Shown piece by piece: positions 8,349-17,465 of a stretch of DNA of 58,079 nucleotides. Numbering within the stretch: position 1 is the first letter of the stretch; each line of letters starts with the position of its first letter. The notes under the pieces are model-generated. The model had not been told where the DNA came from. It ran no database searches and saw only the letters and a program-made list of their open reading frames with translations. A program made the position numbers and the translations under genes. This DNA is from a virus (taxonomy: Duplodnaviria; Caudoviricetes): positions 1-58,079 of the IMG/VR virus record IMGVR_UViG_3300048823_000073. One strand, 5' to 3'.

Positions 8349-8678
8349 ATGGCGATCATTCCAGCAGATCAGTTCCAGAGGATCGTGAGGGACGTGGAGC
8401 GGGCGCGGGGTGATCGCCTATTCGTCCATAAAATCTTTGGAGAGGAGATTATCGTGCGAACAACATATACAGTCTCACTCAAGATCGACATCGACCCCGA
8501 AGACAAAGCCACGCATGAAGCGGCGGTCGCGGCGATCAAGATAGCGGCGCAAGTCGTCTTCGCGCAAGTGTCGCTCTTGCAGCTCAGGCGCGCTCCACAA
8601 ATCGCATTGACGACGGATAACTCTTTCATGGGCACGCAGGCTATTGAGGCGTTTGATCCAGATGCACCAACAGCCTGA
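8349..8678 (+). CDS. Hypothetical protein
   Basis: GAGG SD inside the palindrome at 8329. Confidence 0.6.
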   Translation: MAIIPADQFQRIVRDVERARGDRLFVHKIFGEEIIVRTTYTVSLKIDIDPEDKATHEAAVAAIKIAAQVVFAQVSLLQLRRAPQIALTTDNSFMGTQAIEAFDPDAPTA

Positions 8679-8967
8679 GACTCTTCGATCTCGCCTTCGT
8701 AAGAGCCCGATGCAGCGATATGCGTTGTTTGCTATCGCGACGGGCATCACCGAGTTCATGGGGGTTGAAGTAAGGCGAAGGTGGTACCCCAAAGTGTACG
8801 CGGATGGGAGGGACATATCCCATCTGGTCAATGTCCTGCGGCGCAAGGGCCTGGTGCGATACAAAGACATCCTCACAGAGTCGCCCCGACTAGAGCTGAC
8901 CAACGCGGGCAAGAAGGAATTATTTGGCGAGGACTTACCATCCACGGTAACAACAAAGGACACTTGA
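8662..8967 (+). CDS. Hypothetical protein, possibly winged-helix
   Basis: ISHLVNVLRRKGLVRY...LELTNAGKKEL resembles a wHTH recognition helix and wing. Confidence 0.45.
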   Translation: MHQQPETLRSRLRKSPMQRYALFAIATGITEFMGVEVRRRWYPKVYADGRDISHLVNVLRRKGLVRYKDILTESPRLELTNAGKKELFGEDLPSTVTTKDT

Positions 8968-8969
8968 AC

Positions 8970-10286
8970 ATGGAAGCACCCGACATTAAAGCGTTTGACG
9001 AAATCAAATCCGAGCGCCTGACGCCCAACCGTGTCAAGCCGAACTCGGCCCAGCAGAATGCTTGGGATGAAACGCGCACGGCGTTGCTGTGGCACGCTCC
9101 ATCTTTTTCGCATATTCTTTATCAGATGATGTCAACCCCGGACGGTAGCACCGTCTACTGGACTGACTCCGTGCCCATCGCCGCGACCGACGACAAGCAG
9201 ATTTTCCTCAACCCGGAAACGTACTGCAAGTATTCGATGGAGGAACGGGTGTTCGGTGCCGCGCATGAGATCATGCATGCGATACTCAATCACTGCGGCC
9301 AGATGCACATGCACCAGAAGCGGGGGAAGATCACCTATCAGGATGGCACTTCAATCCCGTTCGACAACGACACATATCAGATCGCGATGGATATGGTCAT
9401 CAACGACGTGCTCGTTAAAAGCGACATCGGAAAAATCAACAAGGACTGGTATCACGATCCCTCGCTGGTGAGTGGCGACGACGCGGTGGCCGATGCCTAT
9501 CGCACGCTCTACAAGGATCAAGATAAGAAGGGCGGCAAAGGCGGCAGTACCTTCAAAGGTAAGAGCTTCGATCAGCATCTCGCCCCAGGTACGGGCACGG
9601 GAGAGAACCCTACCCAAGCCCAGCAGGATCGCAACCAAGCCGAATGGAAGATCGCCATCAATGCAGCGGCCAGCGCGGCGCGTGTGCGGGGGAAGATGCC
9701 GGGGGCACTCGATCGGTTCTTCAAGAGGCTGCTTGAACCTACCGTGTCTTGGCAGGAGCATATTCGTTCGCTCTTTGCACGTAAGGTCGGTAACTCGGCT
9801 TTCAGTTGGGCCACGCTCGATCCGCAGCTCGCCGTCAGAGGTATCGGGGCGCCGGGCAGGATGGGCTATGGGGCGAACAAGATCGTCGTCGCAGTGGATA
9901 CGTCGGGCAGTATCTCCCAGCAAATGATGGACCACTTTATGACCGAAGTGGGGTCAATCATCGACGACGTTCATCCCCGGCAGCTTTACTTGATGCAGTG
10001 CGACGCCCGCGTGCAGGAAGTCAGGGAGTGTTCGGACAGTGGAGACTTGAAGGGGGCCAAACTCAAGGGGGGAGGGGGCACGGATTTCCGCCCGGTGTTC
10101 GAGAAGATCGAGGAAGAGATCGGTGAGCCGGATTGTCTGGTTTATCTCACGGATGGGTTCGGGTGTTGGCCGGACAAGAAGCCGTCTTACCCTGTGATCT
10201 GGGGCGACATTACACCGGCGCAACATCGCGTCAGATATCCATTTGGGGACGTTGTAGCTGTCAATATGCCCCAATCAGTTAGCTAG
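8970..10286 (+). CDS. DUF2201-like protein: HExxH metallopeptidase domain plus vWA domain
   Basis: AATD...HEIMH; MIDAS VDTSGS, GGGGTDF, YLTDG. Confidence 0.85.
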   Translation: MEAPDIKAFDEIKSERLTPNRVKPNSAQQNAWDETRTALLWHAPSFSHILYQMMSTPDGSTVYWTDSVPIAATDDKQIFLNPETYCKYSMEERVFGAAHEIMHAILNHCGQMHMHQKRGKITYQDGTSIPFDNDTYQIAMDMVINDVLVKSDIGKINKDWYHDPSLVSGDDAVADAYRTLYKDQDKKGGKGGSTFKGKSFDQHLAPGTGTGENPTQAQQDRNQAEWKIAINAAASAARVRGKMPGALDRFFKRLLEPTVSWQEHIRSLFARKVGNSAFSWATLDPQLAVRGIGAPGRMGYGANKIVVAVDTSGSISQQMMDHFMTEVGSIIDDVHPRQLYLMQCDARVQEVRECSDSGDLKGAKLKGGGGTDFRPVFEKIEEEIGEPDCLVYLTDGFGCWPDKKPSYPVIWGDITPAQHRVRYPFGDVVAVNMPQSVS

Positions 10287-10382
10287 GAGGATGTACCTCC
10301 CCGCAGCGGGATCGTGGGCACCGGCGAGCGAAAACCATGTTCGGGTGTGGCGCTACAAGGTATTGTTCTGGGCCTCCTAGCT
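10281..10382 (+). ncRNA. Candidate structured intergenic RNA element
   Basis: AGCTAGGAGG/CCTCCTAGCT 10-bp closing stem with nested stems TACCT/AGGTA, CACC/GGTG, CGAGC/GTTCG. Confidence 0.35.
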
Positions 10383-10462
10383 ATGAGTACTCGTCCAGTG
10401 AAACGATACAAACCCACGAATTACCTTTCAAAGTAACCCAATTAATCAAGGGAGCGACGAGC

Positions 10463-11221
10463 ATGCTATTTTGTGACACAGCTATGGCAGCGGTTGGCCT
10501 GGCGCTGTCCAATGCCCGCGAAGACTTATATTCTAACATGGACTGCGGGATCAGCTCAGATGATCTTTGCGACCTGTTCGTGGAGCCGGAGCATCGGCAT
10601 ATCCTACGGCGCGCGTATGAATTAGCTGGTGCTAGTCCGATCACCGTAGGTGCGGTTCGTTATGGTGTACATCTTCGGTTGAGAGTATCCACGTTTGTCA
10701 TACCTACGTATATGAAGCAGCGACTTACGGTGTATTCCGAGGATCAAGAACTAATAGACAGATTCGAGCATGTCGTCAGTACGCTCGCGGGCCAATACCA
10801 ATCGTCTTTGAGAATCCTCGCGTGCATCCATTGGCTGAATAAGTATTTGACGGATGTGCGCCAATTCAATATACTAATGCCAGGGCTCAAATCTATAATC
10901 CGTGCAGATGACGATAACATATTCCGCAGTAGTCTATTTCAGCACCGACCGGACTTCCAAAGGACCAAAAATCTCCAACGGGCGCTCCATGGCGACAAGC
11001 CCGTGCGCAGCGTCCCGAGTTTACCTCCAGAGGTAAGAGCCGCATGCCAGGAAGCCGGAACATTCTTTATGCAAATGTCTATCCTGGGGGATCGTTATCG
11101 CAGCCCCCCGCCCGTAGTATCGCTCTCCCCACAGATCAAACTTAGCGTAGACTTCATGTGGCAGACCTACACGACTAACGACACGAACTTCTCCAGCCTG
11201 ATGGTGCTGTATTCAAAATGA
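10463..11221 (+). CDS. Hypothetical protein
   Basis: GGGAG SD; ~250 aa; overlaps the polymerase start. Confidence 0.65.
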   Translation: MLFCDTAMAAVGLALSNAREDLYSNMDCGISSDDLCDLFVEPEHRHILRRAYELAGASPITVGAVRYGVHLRLRVSTFVIPTYMKQRLTVYSEDQELIDRFEHVVSTLAGQYQSSLRILACIHWLNKYLTDVRQFNILMPGLKSIIRADDDNIFRSSLFQHRPDFQRTKNLQRALHGDKPVRSVPSLPPEVRAACQEAGTFFMQMSILGDRYRSPPPVVSLSPQIKLSVDFMWQTYTTNDTNFSSLMVLYSK

Positions 11222-13086
11222 TGAAAACTATATTTGCCGATGCCGAAACCTATTACGCTAAAGACTATACACTCCGGCAGATGACGCCGATCGAGTATAT
11301 CCTTGACCCGCGTTGGGAAACAATCGGCTGGGCAGTGGCAGAAGAACGCCACGGCAAATCGTTCTGGCTGGAGGGCGACGAGTTCAAGAGTTACCTTCAA
11401 AGGTTACCCGTCGAAGAGTGTCGCGTCGTTTCGCACAATGCCCTCTTTGACATGACGATATTGGCGTTCCGCTACGGGCTGCATCCCAAGCTTTGCGTGG
11501 ACACGATGTCGATGGCACGCGCGCTGCTGACACACAAGCTGCCCCAGGGCCGCGTGAACCTTGCCAACGTTGCCAAGTATCTCGGCAAGGGTGAGAAGGG
11601 CACGGCGATCCATAACGTGCAGGGTTACCATCTGGAGGAAATGAAAGCCGCCGGGCTTTACGACAGCTTCGTAAAGTATGGGCTCAACGATGTGGATATG
11701 ACCCGTGAAATCTATTACGAGCTGGCGCCACAGTTCCCGGCACAGGAGTTTTTAATTAATCATATGATCATTGAAATGACGACCCGCCCGCAGTTCGCAG
11801 TGGACACGGAGTCGCTCATGGGACATCTGGCGCAACTCATAATCTCGAAAGAGAGTCTCTTAGATCGTGTCGGCGTCAGCAGAGACGAGCTGATGTCTAA
11901 CGACAAGTTTGCTCTTGCGCTTCAACGTCTGGGCGTTGATCCGCCGAAGAAGACGAGCGTTGCAACGGGCAAGCTGACTTGGGCGTTCGCCAGAACTGAC
12001 GAAGCCATGATAGGTCTGTCCGAGCACGACAATCCCGAGGTGCAATCGCTAGTCGCCGCACGGTTTGGCTACAAGAGCACTCTGGAGGAAACCCGCACCC
12101 AACGGTTTATCAAGATCGCGGAGGTTACCTGGGACGGTAACAATTCGTGGATGCCGATCCCCCTACGATATTCCGGTGCCCACACGCATCGTCTCAGTGG
12201 TGATTGGAAACTCAATCTCCAGAACTTGCCCTCTCGCAAGAGCACGCTTCTGCGGGAGAGCTTGATCGCGCCGGAAGGGCACGATGTCCTAACGTGTGAT
12301 GCCGCACAGATCGAGGCCAGGTTGACGGCGTGGATATGCAAACAGACGAACCTTCTCGAACAGTTTGAGAACGGAGAGGATGTCTACTCCCTCTTTGCGA
12401 GTGACGTTTATGGAGTAGAGGTCACCAGGGCCGACAAGCCAAAACGTCTTGGGGGTAAGATTTGTATTCTCGGACTCGGGTTCGGCATGGGATCCCCGAA
12501 ATTCCAAGATACTTGGCGCGTGCAATCGGCAGACGCGGGCATGCCCATGACGCTTGAGGACGAGGAAGCGCGGCGGATTGTTAACCTTTATCGTTCAAAA
12601 TTTGTCAGAATTAAAAACACATGGTATTGGCTCAACGATAAAATTTCCGGTATCGCAAGCGGAGCGGCAGAGGGCGAGACGTTTGGACCGTGTACTTTTG
12701 TCAAGGGCGGCATACTCTTACCGTCGGGCTTAGAATTATTTTATGAAGATTTAAAATATATAGATGGCGAGTGGGAGTTTACTTTCGGAGGTAAACGTAA
12801 GCGCCTCTACGGGGGCAAGATGCTTGAGAATATTATCCAGGCTCTCGATCGCATATGCGTCATGGATGCCGCGATTAGATTTAGGCAGTGGTGCAAAGCG
12901 GAGAGGATACACTTACCGCTCGCGCACCAAGTCCATGACGAACTAATATATATTCCACAAAAAGAGATCACCGCTTTCGTTAGACCAGTGCTCGAAGCCG
13001 AAATGGCGACGAGACCCTGGTGGGGGCCAGATTTGCCGCTCGCTGCTGAGACTGGTGTAGGTCCGAACTACGGTAAAGCCAAATAA
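11218..13086 (+). CDS. polA: DNA polymerase family A with 3'-5' exonuclease
   Basis: Exo I DAETY, Exo II HNALFD; motif A DAAQIEARL, motif B RLGGKICILGLGFG, motif C VHDEL. Confidence 0.95.
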   Translation: MMKTIFADAETYYAKDYTLRQMTPIEYILDPRWETIGWAVAEERHGKSFWLEGDEFKSYLQRLPVEECRVVSHNALFDMTILAFRYGLHPKLCVDTMSMARALLTHKLPQGRVNLANVAKYLGKGEKGTAIHNVQGYHLEEMKAAGLYDSFVKYGLNDVDMTREIYYELAPQFPAQEFLINHMIIEMTTRPQFAVDTESLMGHLAQLIISKESLLDRVGVSRDELMSNDKFALALQRLGVDPPKKTSVATGKLTWAFARTDEAMIGLSEHDNPEVQSLVAARFGYKSTLEETRTQRFIKIAEVTWDGNNSWMPIPLRYSGAHTHRLSGDWKLNLQNLPSRKSTLLRESLIAPEGHDVLTCDAAQIEARLTAWICKQTNLLEQFENGEDVYSLFASDVYGVEVTRADKPKRLGGKICILGLGFGMGSPKFQDTWRVQSADAGMPMTLEDEEARRIVNLYRSKFVRIKNTWYWLNDKISGIASGAAEGETFGPCTFVKGGILLPSGLELFYEDLKYIDGEWEFTFGGKRKRLYGGKMLENIIQALDRICVMDAAIRFRQWCKAERIHLPLAHQVHDELIYIPQKEITAFVRPVLEAEMATRPWWGPDLPLAAETGVGPNYGKAK

Positions 13087-13112
13087 ATATTTGAGTATGG
13101 CAATAATAAGGC

Positions 13113-13141
13113 TTGCATTGTGGTTATAAATCAGATATATT
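13113..13141 (+). promoter_or_regulatory. Putative sigma70 promoter
   Basis: TTGCAT-N17-TATATT in an AT-rich gap. Confidence 0.55.
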
Positions 13142-13171
13142 CTCGTTATAATTTGGTATCATTAGAGAAAA

Positions 13172-13525
13172 ATGAGCGAGATGCTGCAAACCGCAAGATT
13201 GGGCGCCCCTTCTCCTGCCCCTATAGTCGCTAGTGACATGACTGTTCTATGTAGCATGTTCGAGCTGTCTGACTTGCAGGGGCGCATTCTATGCACGCTG
13301 CTTGATATGCCCGTCATAGGTACTGCGGACTTGAGCGAGCAGATGGGCACGAGCGATAACGTTATCCGCGCGTCTGTCCAGAAACTCCGGCTTCGGTTGA
13401 TCCCCTTCAAGTTGTCAGTACGATCACGTTACCGTCTAGGGTATTCAGTCCCGCTAGAAGATCACACAGCCATCTTGGCGATGATTAAAGAGTACCGAAT
13501 TAAGAAGACGAGGCGCCCAAGATGA
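13172..13525 (+). CDS. Winged helix-turn-helix protein (OmpR/PhoB C-terminal-like)
   Basis: LSDLQGRILCTLL...SDNVIRASVQKLRLRL...VRSRYRLGY. Confidence 0.7.
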   Translation: MSEMLQTARLGAPSPAPIVASDMTVLCSMFELSDLQGRILCTLLDMPVIGTADLSEQMGTSDNVIRASVQKLRLRLIPFKLSVRSRYRLGYSVPLEDHTAILAMIKEYRIKKTRRPR

Positions 13526-14016
13526 ATTGGGGAGATTGGGTTATGGGGGGAAAGAGCGTGAACAAACAAGACTGGGTGGTGGGAAGCCCTAAACCCTCTT
13601 TAGAAGCTCAGGCACAGCTCGCGCACGCAATGCAACACGCCCAGGTGCAGCATGCGCAGGCGAATGGGATGGCGGCGAATGGGATGGCGGCGAATGGGAT
13701 GGCGGCGAATGGGATGGCGGCGAATGGGATGGCGGCGCATGCGATGGGGCAGGCGCAAAACATGGATATGCAGCAGTGGCCGAAGACACTATCCCCAACA
13801 GAAATGTTGAAGGCGCGCTTGACGCATGGGCGGTTGGACGGCGGGGTGGCGGGGTTTGAGTTCCTCCATGCGCATCCAATCGGAAAGACTGAGGGGATAG
13901 TTTCTAACAAGGTTATTGTTCTCGTGGTTACCTCGGGCGGTAACGGCGTGACACTGGAAGATGATGCAGAGCTGTTCCCCAGCGATACTCTGATCACGCA
14001 ATTAAGGATGCTTTGA
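13522..14016 (+). CDS. Hypothetical protein with (ANGMA)5 repeat
   Basis: ORF coupled at both ends by ATGA overlaps. Confidence 0.7.
   Translation: MNWGDWVMGGKSVNKQDWVVGSPKPSLEAQAQLAHAMQHAQVQHAQANGMAANGMAANGMAANGMAANGMAAHAMGQAQNMDMQQWPKTLSPTEMLKARLTHGRLDGGVAGFEFLHAHPIGKTEGIVSNKVIVLVVTSGGNGVTLEDDAELFPSDTLITQLRML
13660..13737. repeat. Perfect 15-bp tandem repeat, 5 copies
   Basis: (GCGAATGGGATGGCG)5. Confidence 0.95.
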
Positions 14017-14768
14017 TGGTAGTCGTAGTCAAGTCCCGCTTCTCCGGGGCGCCGAGGAAGAGATTTTCGTGGAGCTATAGCAAGCTCAAGAATTTCGAGA
14101 CATGCCCGAAGCGGCATTTTCATGCCGACATCAAGAAGGATTTCATCGACGAGATCGGGGACAATCTGATCGAGGGCAACCTCGCCCACGACGCCCTGGC
14201 GAAGTCCATCAAAGAGGGGGGTGCCCCATTGCCCGAGCGGTTTGCCCCTTATCAAAAATGGGTGGAGCGCATTGTTACCAACCAAGGTAAACCAAACTAC
14301 AGCGTTAGCATTTTGGTCGAGCAGAAACTTGCGATCGCGAAAGATTTTAGCCCGTGCGAGTTCTTCGATGGCGCCGCGTGGTTCCGGGGCGTTGTGGACG
14401 TGGCGAAGATCACGTCGATCTTGGATATTTCCAGGGGCGAATACCGCGCGGTTGCTCTGCTTGGAGATTGGAAGACGGGCAAGATACTCGAAGATAGTGT
14501 GCAGCTCGCACTCTTCGCGCAGCTCGCCTTTTCGCATCACTCACATATTGAGAAAATTCGCACGGAGTTCATCTGGCTCAAGTCGGATTGCACGACGCGC
14601 GAAGACTTCACGCGGGCAGATATGCCGGAGCTATGGGCCGCGCTCACACCGCGTATCAAAGCACTAGAGGACGCCCATAACGCGCAGGAGTATCCGGCTA
14701 CTCCCAACGGGCTTTGCAAGCACTACTGCCCGGTAAAAATATGCGCTCATTACGGTGGAGGGCGTTGA
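14013..14768 (+). CDS. PD-(D/E)XK exonuclease (RecB/Cas4-like)
   Basis: WSYSKL..FETCP, GVVD, DWKTGK, QL..F, C-terminal CKHYCPVKIC. Confidence 0.85.
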   Translation: MMVVVVKSRFSGAPRKRFSWSYSKLKNFETCPKRHFHADIKKDFIDEIGDNLIEGNLAHDALAKSIKEGGAPLPERFAPYQKWVERIVTNQGKPNYSVSILVEQKLAIAKDFSPCEFFDGAAWFRGVVDVAKITSILDISRGEYRAVALLGDWKTGKILEDSVQLALFAQLAFSHHSHIEKIRTEFIWLKSDCTTREDFTRADMPELWAALTPRIKALEDAHNAQEYPATPNGLCKHYCPVKICAHYGGGR

Positions 14769-14953
14769 TGGTGCCGAAACTTCTGAGCAGATCATTTGCA
14801 ATGCAACGTGAGATGCTGGACGCGCTAACCAAGTTAGGGAGAAGGCGGAATATATCGCGCAGTGAGATCGTGCGCCGGGCCGTGTGGCAATACTTGAGAG
14901 ACGAGCAAAAGAGAGAGCAGAAAGTTCTCTATGTGCAGGAGTACGATATATGA
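14768..14953 (+). CDS. Ribbon-helix-helix (CopG-like) protein
   Basis: SRSFAMQREMLDALTKLGRRRNISRSEIVRRAVWQYL. Confidence 0.7.
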   Translation: MVPKLLSRSFAMQREMLDALTKLGRRRNISRSEIVRRAVWQYLRDEQKREQKVLYVQEYDI

Positions 14954-15225
14954 CGTTGAAGCCCAATCAAGACCCCGTAGCTCCTGACTTGCGGGAAGAG
15001 GCGATGTCTACTTTGTTCTTGTTGCTCGCGGAGACCGGAGAGTTTCATCTGTCGGGGCTTGCAGCGGCCGAAGGGCTTCCACTCGACCAACGAGCCCCCC
15101 TCGCAGAACATTGTCTGAATGTGCTTTCTCCAAAGCATTACGACGAAGTTGTGCGGAGCATGGGGATTTATGACGCTCTTGCTTTGAAGCTTCACGAGGA
15201 ACTGGTTCTTCTAGGGAGCAAGTAA
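14950..15225 (+). CDS. Hypothetical protein
   Basis: AGGAG SD; coupled ORF. Confidence 0.55.
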   Translation: MTLKPNQDPVAPDLREEAMSTLFLLLAETGEFHLSGLAAAEGLPLDQRAPLAEHCLNVLSPKHYDEVVRSMGIYDALALKLHEELVLLGSK

Positions 15226-15626
15226 TGGCCGCGACACCCGAAGCAAAAGTCAAGAAGAGGGTGACTGATGTTCTCAAGGACTATGGGAAGTATGTTTGGT
15301 ATAATATGCCAGTCCCCACTATGTATAGTGCCGCTTCCTTGGATTATCTTTGTGCGGTTGCTTTCGGAGGTAATCGCGATATGGCATTATCATTCGCCAT
15401 TGAGACGAAGGCTCCGGGTAAACGCCCGACGCCGCGCCAGGAAGCGTGCATTGCAGCAATGCGCGAACGCGGCATCAAAGTGTTCGTGATCGACGGCGAA
15501 GTGGGTATTTGCGATCTTATTTTTTGGCTAGAGGATGTTATTGATGGGGCTGTTTCCGGCGATCTCACGAGGGCACGTAGTAGTGCCGCAGGACATGGGG
15601 CTGGTGGGGCTGTTCCCAGAGGCTAA
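15225..15626 (+). CDS. VRR-NUC domain nuclease
   Basis: TPEAKVK, D, AIETKAPGKRPTPRQ, VFVIDG. Confidence 0.85.
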   Translation: MAATPEAKVKKRVTDVLKDYGKYVWYNMPVPTMYSAASLDYLCAVAFGGNRDMALSFAIETKAPGKRPTPRQEACIAAMRERGIKVFVIDGEVGICDLIFWLEDVIDGAVSGDLTRARSSAAGHGAGGAVPRG

Positions 15627-17091
15627 GGCGCTTACCTTTCGCGGTAACAATGTTCTCGCAATCCCCCATGACTTTCACTCAACGCTGTATCTTCGCTCGC
15701 AGGGCATTGACGTTCCGGCGCCGGTGCTTTCGCAGTATGATTGGCCGGGCGAGCGCGTGCCCTATGCGGTGCAGAAGAAGACTGTAGCGATGATGACGAC
15801 AGCGCGCCGTGCCTACAACCTCAACGGGTTGGGTACGGGCAAGACCATATGCACGCTCTGGGCGTTCGACTACCTCAAACGGATGGGCCTCGCGAACAAG
15901 ATGATAGTTGTCGCGACCATCTCAACTTTGGAGAAGGTGTGGGTTTCGGAAGTGTTCAGGAATTTCCCGCATCTGACGACCGCAGTGCTCTATGGTACAA
16001 AGAAAAAGAGACTCCAGCGATTGGCAGAAGACGCAGATATCTACATCGTCAACCATGATGGCGTGGGTACGATCCTCGATGAACTCATGGCCCGTAAAGA
16101 TATCGACGTGCTGGCGATCGACGAGCTGGCCGTCTACCGAAACGGGCGCGCGGATCGCACCAAATTCATGCGCAAACTGGCTGCTGGGATGCGTTGGGTG
16201 TGGGGCCTGACTGGTGGACCTATGCCAAAGGAAGTGACGGATATATGGGGGCAGGCGACCATCATAACCCCCTATACGGTGCCGAAATACTTCAACCATC
16301 TACGCCAGCAACTTTGCTATCGGGTCGGGGTGCATGGGTGGGAGCGCAAAGCAGATGCTATCCCTCGCGCATTTGCAATGCTCCAACCAAGCGTTAGGTA
16401 CACCCTGGACGATATCGTGGAGTTACCTGAGACGGTAATGCAATACGTCGATGCCCCGATGGGGCCAAAACAAAAAGTTGTCTACGACCTGATGCGCAAG
16501 ACCATGCTGGCGAAGATCGACCAAGAGGAAGTCACGGCGATGAATGCCGGGGCGGCTATGTCCAAGCTCTTACAAATTGCGTTGGGCTGGGTCTACACCC
16601 GCGACGGCACCGTGGTCACGTTGGACAACGAAGATCGTATCCAGCTCATTGTGGACTCAATCTTGAATGCCCAGCGCAAGGTCATTGTGTTTGTGCCCTT
16701 CAAAAGCGCCCTCGCGGGGTTGAGTGCGGCATTCACGAACGAGGGCATTGATCATTTTGTGGTGTCGGGCTCGACGCCGATGACGCAGCGCAGGGACTAT
16801 TTCGAGGCGTTTCAGGAAACCTCCCAATATACGGTCGCGCTCGCGCATCCTGCCTGCATGGCCCACGGGCTCACGCTCACTGCTGCCGATACGATTATCT
16901 GGGGAGGGCCTGTGACTTCCTTGGAGACGTTCATGCAGGCCAATGGAAGGATTACTCGTTTGGGGCAAAAGCACAAGCAACTCGTGCAGATGATCGGGGG
17001 CACGCCAGTAGAGAAGAAGCTCTATAAAGCGCTCGAAAAGAAAGACGCTACGCAGAAGATGTTTTTAGATATGATCGCAGACAACTCGTAA
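15535..17091 (+). CDS. SNF2-family helicase
   Basis: GTGKT, IDEL, LTGGP, HGLTLT, QANGRITRLGQ. Confidence 0.9.
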   Translation: MLLMGLFPAISRGHVVVPQDMGLVGLFPEAKALTFRGNNVLAIPHDFHSTLYLRSQGIDVPAPVLSQYDWPGERVPYAVQKKTVAMMTTARRAYNLNGLGTGKTICTLWAFDYLKRMGLANKMIVVATISTLEKVWVSEVFRNFPHLTTAVLYGTKKKRLQRLAEDADIYIVNHDGVGTILDELMARKDIDVLAIDELAVYRNGRADRTKFMRKLAAGMRWVWGLTGGPMPKEVTDIWGQATIITPYTVPKYFNHLRQQLCYRVGVHGWERKADAIPRAFAMLQPSVRYTLDDIVELPETVMQYVDAPMGPKQKVVYDLMRKTMLAKIDQEEVTAMNAGAAMSKLLQIALGWVYTRDGTVVTLDNEDRIQLIVDSILNAQRKVIVFVPFKSALAGLSAAFTNEGIDHFVVSGSTPMTQRRDYFEAFQETSQYTVALAHPACMAHGLTLTAADTIIWGGPVTSLETFMQANGRITRLGQKHKQLVQMIGGTPVEKKLYKALEKKDATQKMFLDMIADNS

Positions 17092-17106
17092 CCTTTGGAG
17101 GTAACA

Positions 17107-17394
17107 ATGGCGCCCGGTGTATTTTCTTTTCGTAGCTGGTTTGACAGCAATTTGAAGATAGTATGGTCCGTGAGAGAAGACCGCATTGGCTGTCTCTATA
17201 ATCATTATTGTGTGCATCACGTAGATTGGTTTGGCATGAATTTGGAGGCGCTTCCCCTAACGCACGACGAGTTCCTAGCGCTCATGTCGCAGTGGCGCCG
17301 GGGGAGTAAGGGGCTTCACGTAACCGTCAATATGCGCGCCCAGGAACTTGAGGCATTTCTCACACCCCACGAAATCAACCTTTGGAGGTTTTAG
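17107..17394 (+). CDS. Hypothetical protein
   Basis: GGAGG SD within the palindrome at 17089. Confidence 0.55.
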   Translation: MAPGVFSFRSWFDSNLKIVWSVREDRIGCLYNHYCVHHVDWFGMNLEALPLTHDEFLALMSQWRRGSKGLHVTVNMRAQELEAFLTPHEINLWRF

Positions 17395-17465
17395 TCGTAT
17401 CTAGTTACTTTCCGAAGTAACACCTACAAGATATAGTAGTTGACAAGTAACCGATGGGGGTAATA

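Noticed and set aside
10290-10365. HDV-like/theta ribozyme (ACCTCCCCGC...GGGCA)
   Set aside because: I could not find the required P1 partner upstream or a proper P3 closure
6631-13086. 2-aminoadenine (Z) genome system
   Set aside because: No PurZ/adenylosuccinate synthetase-like ORF is recognisable anywhere in the genome
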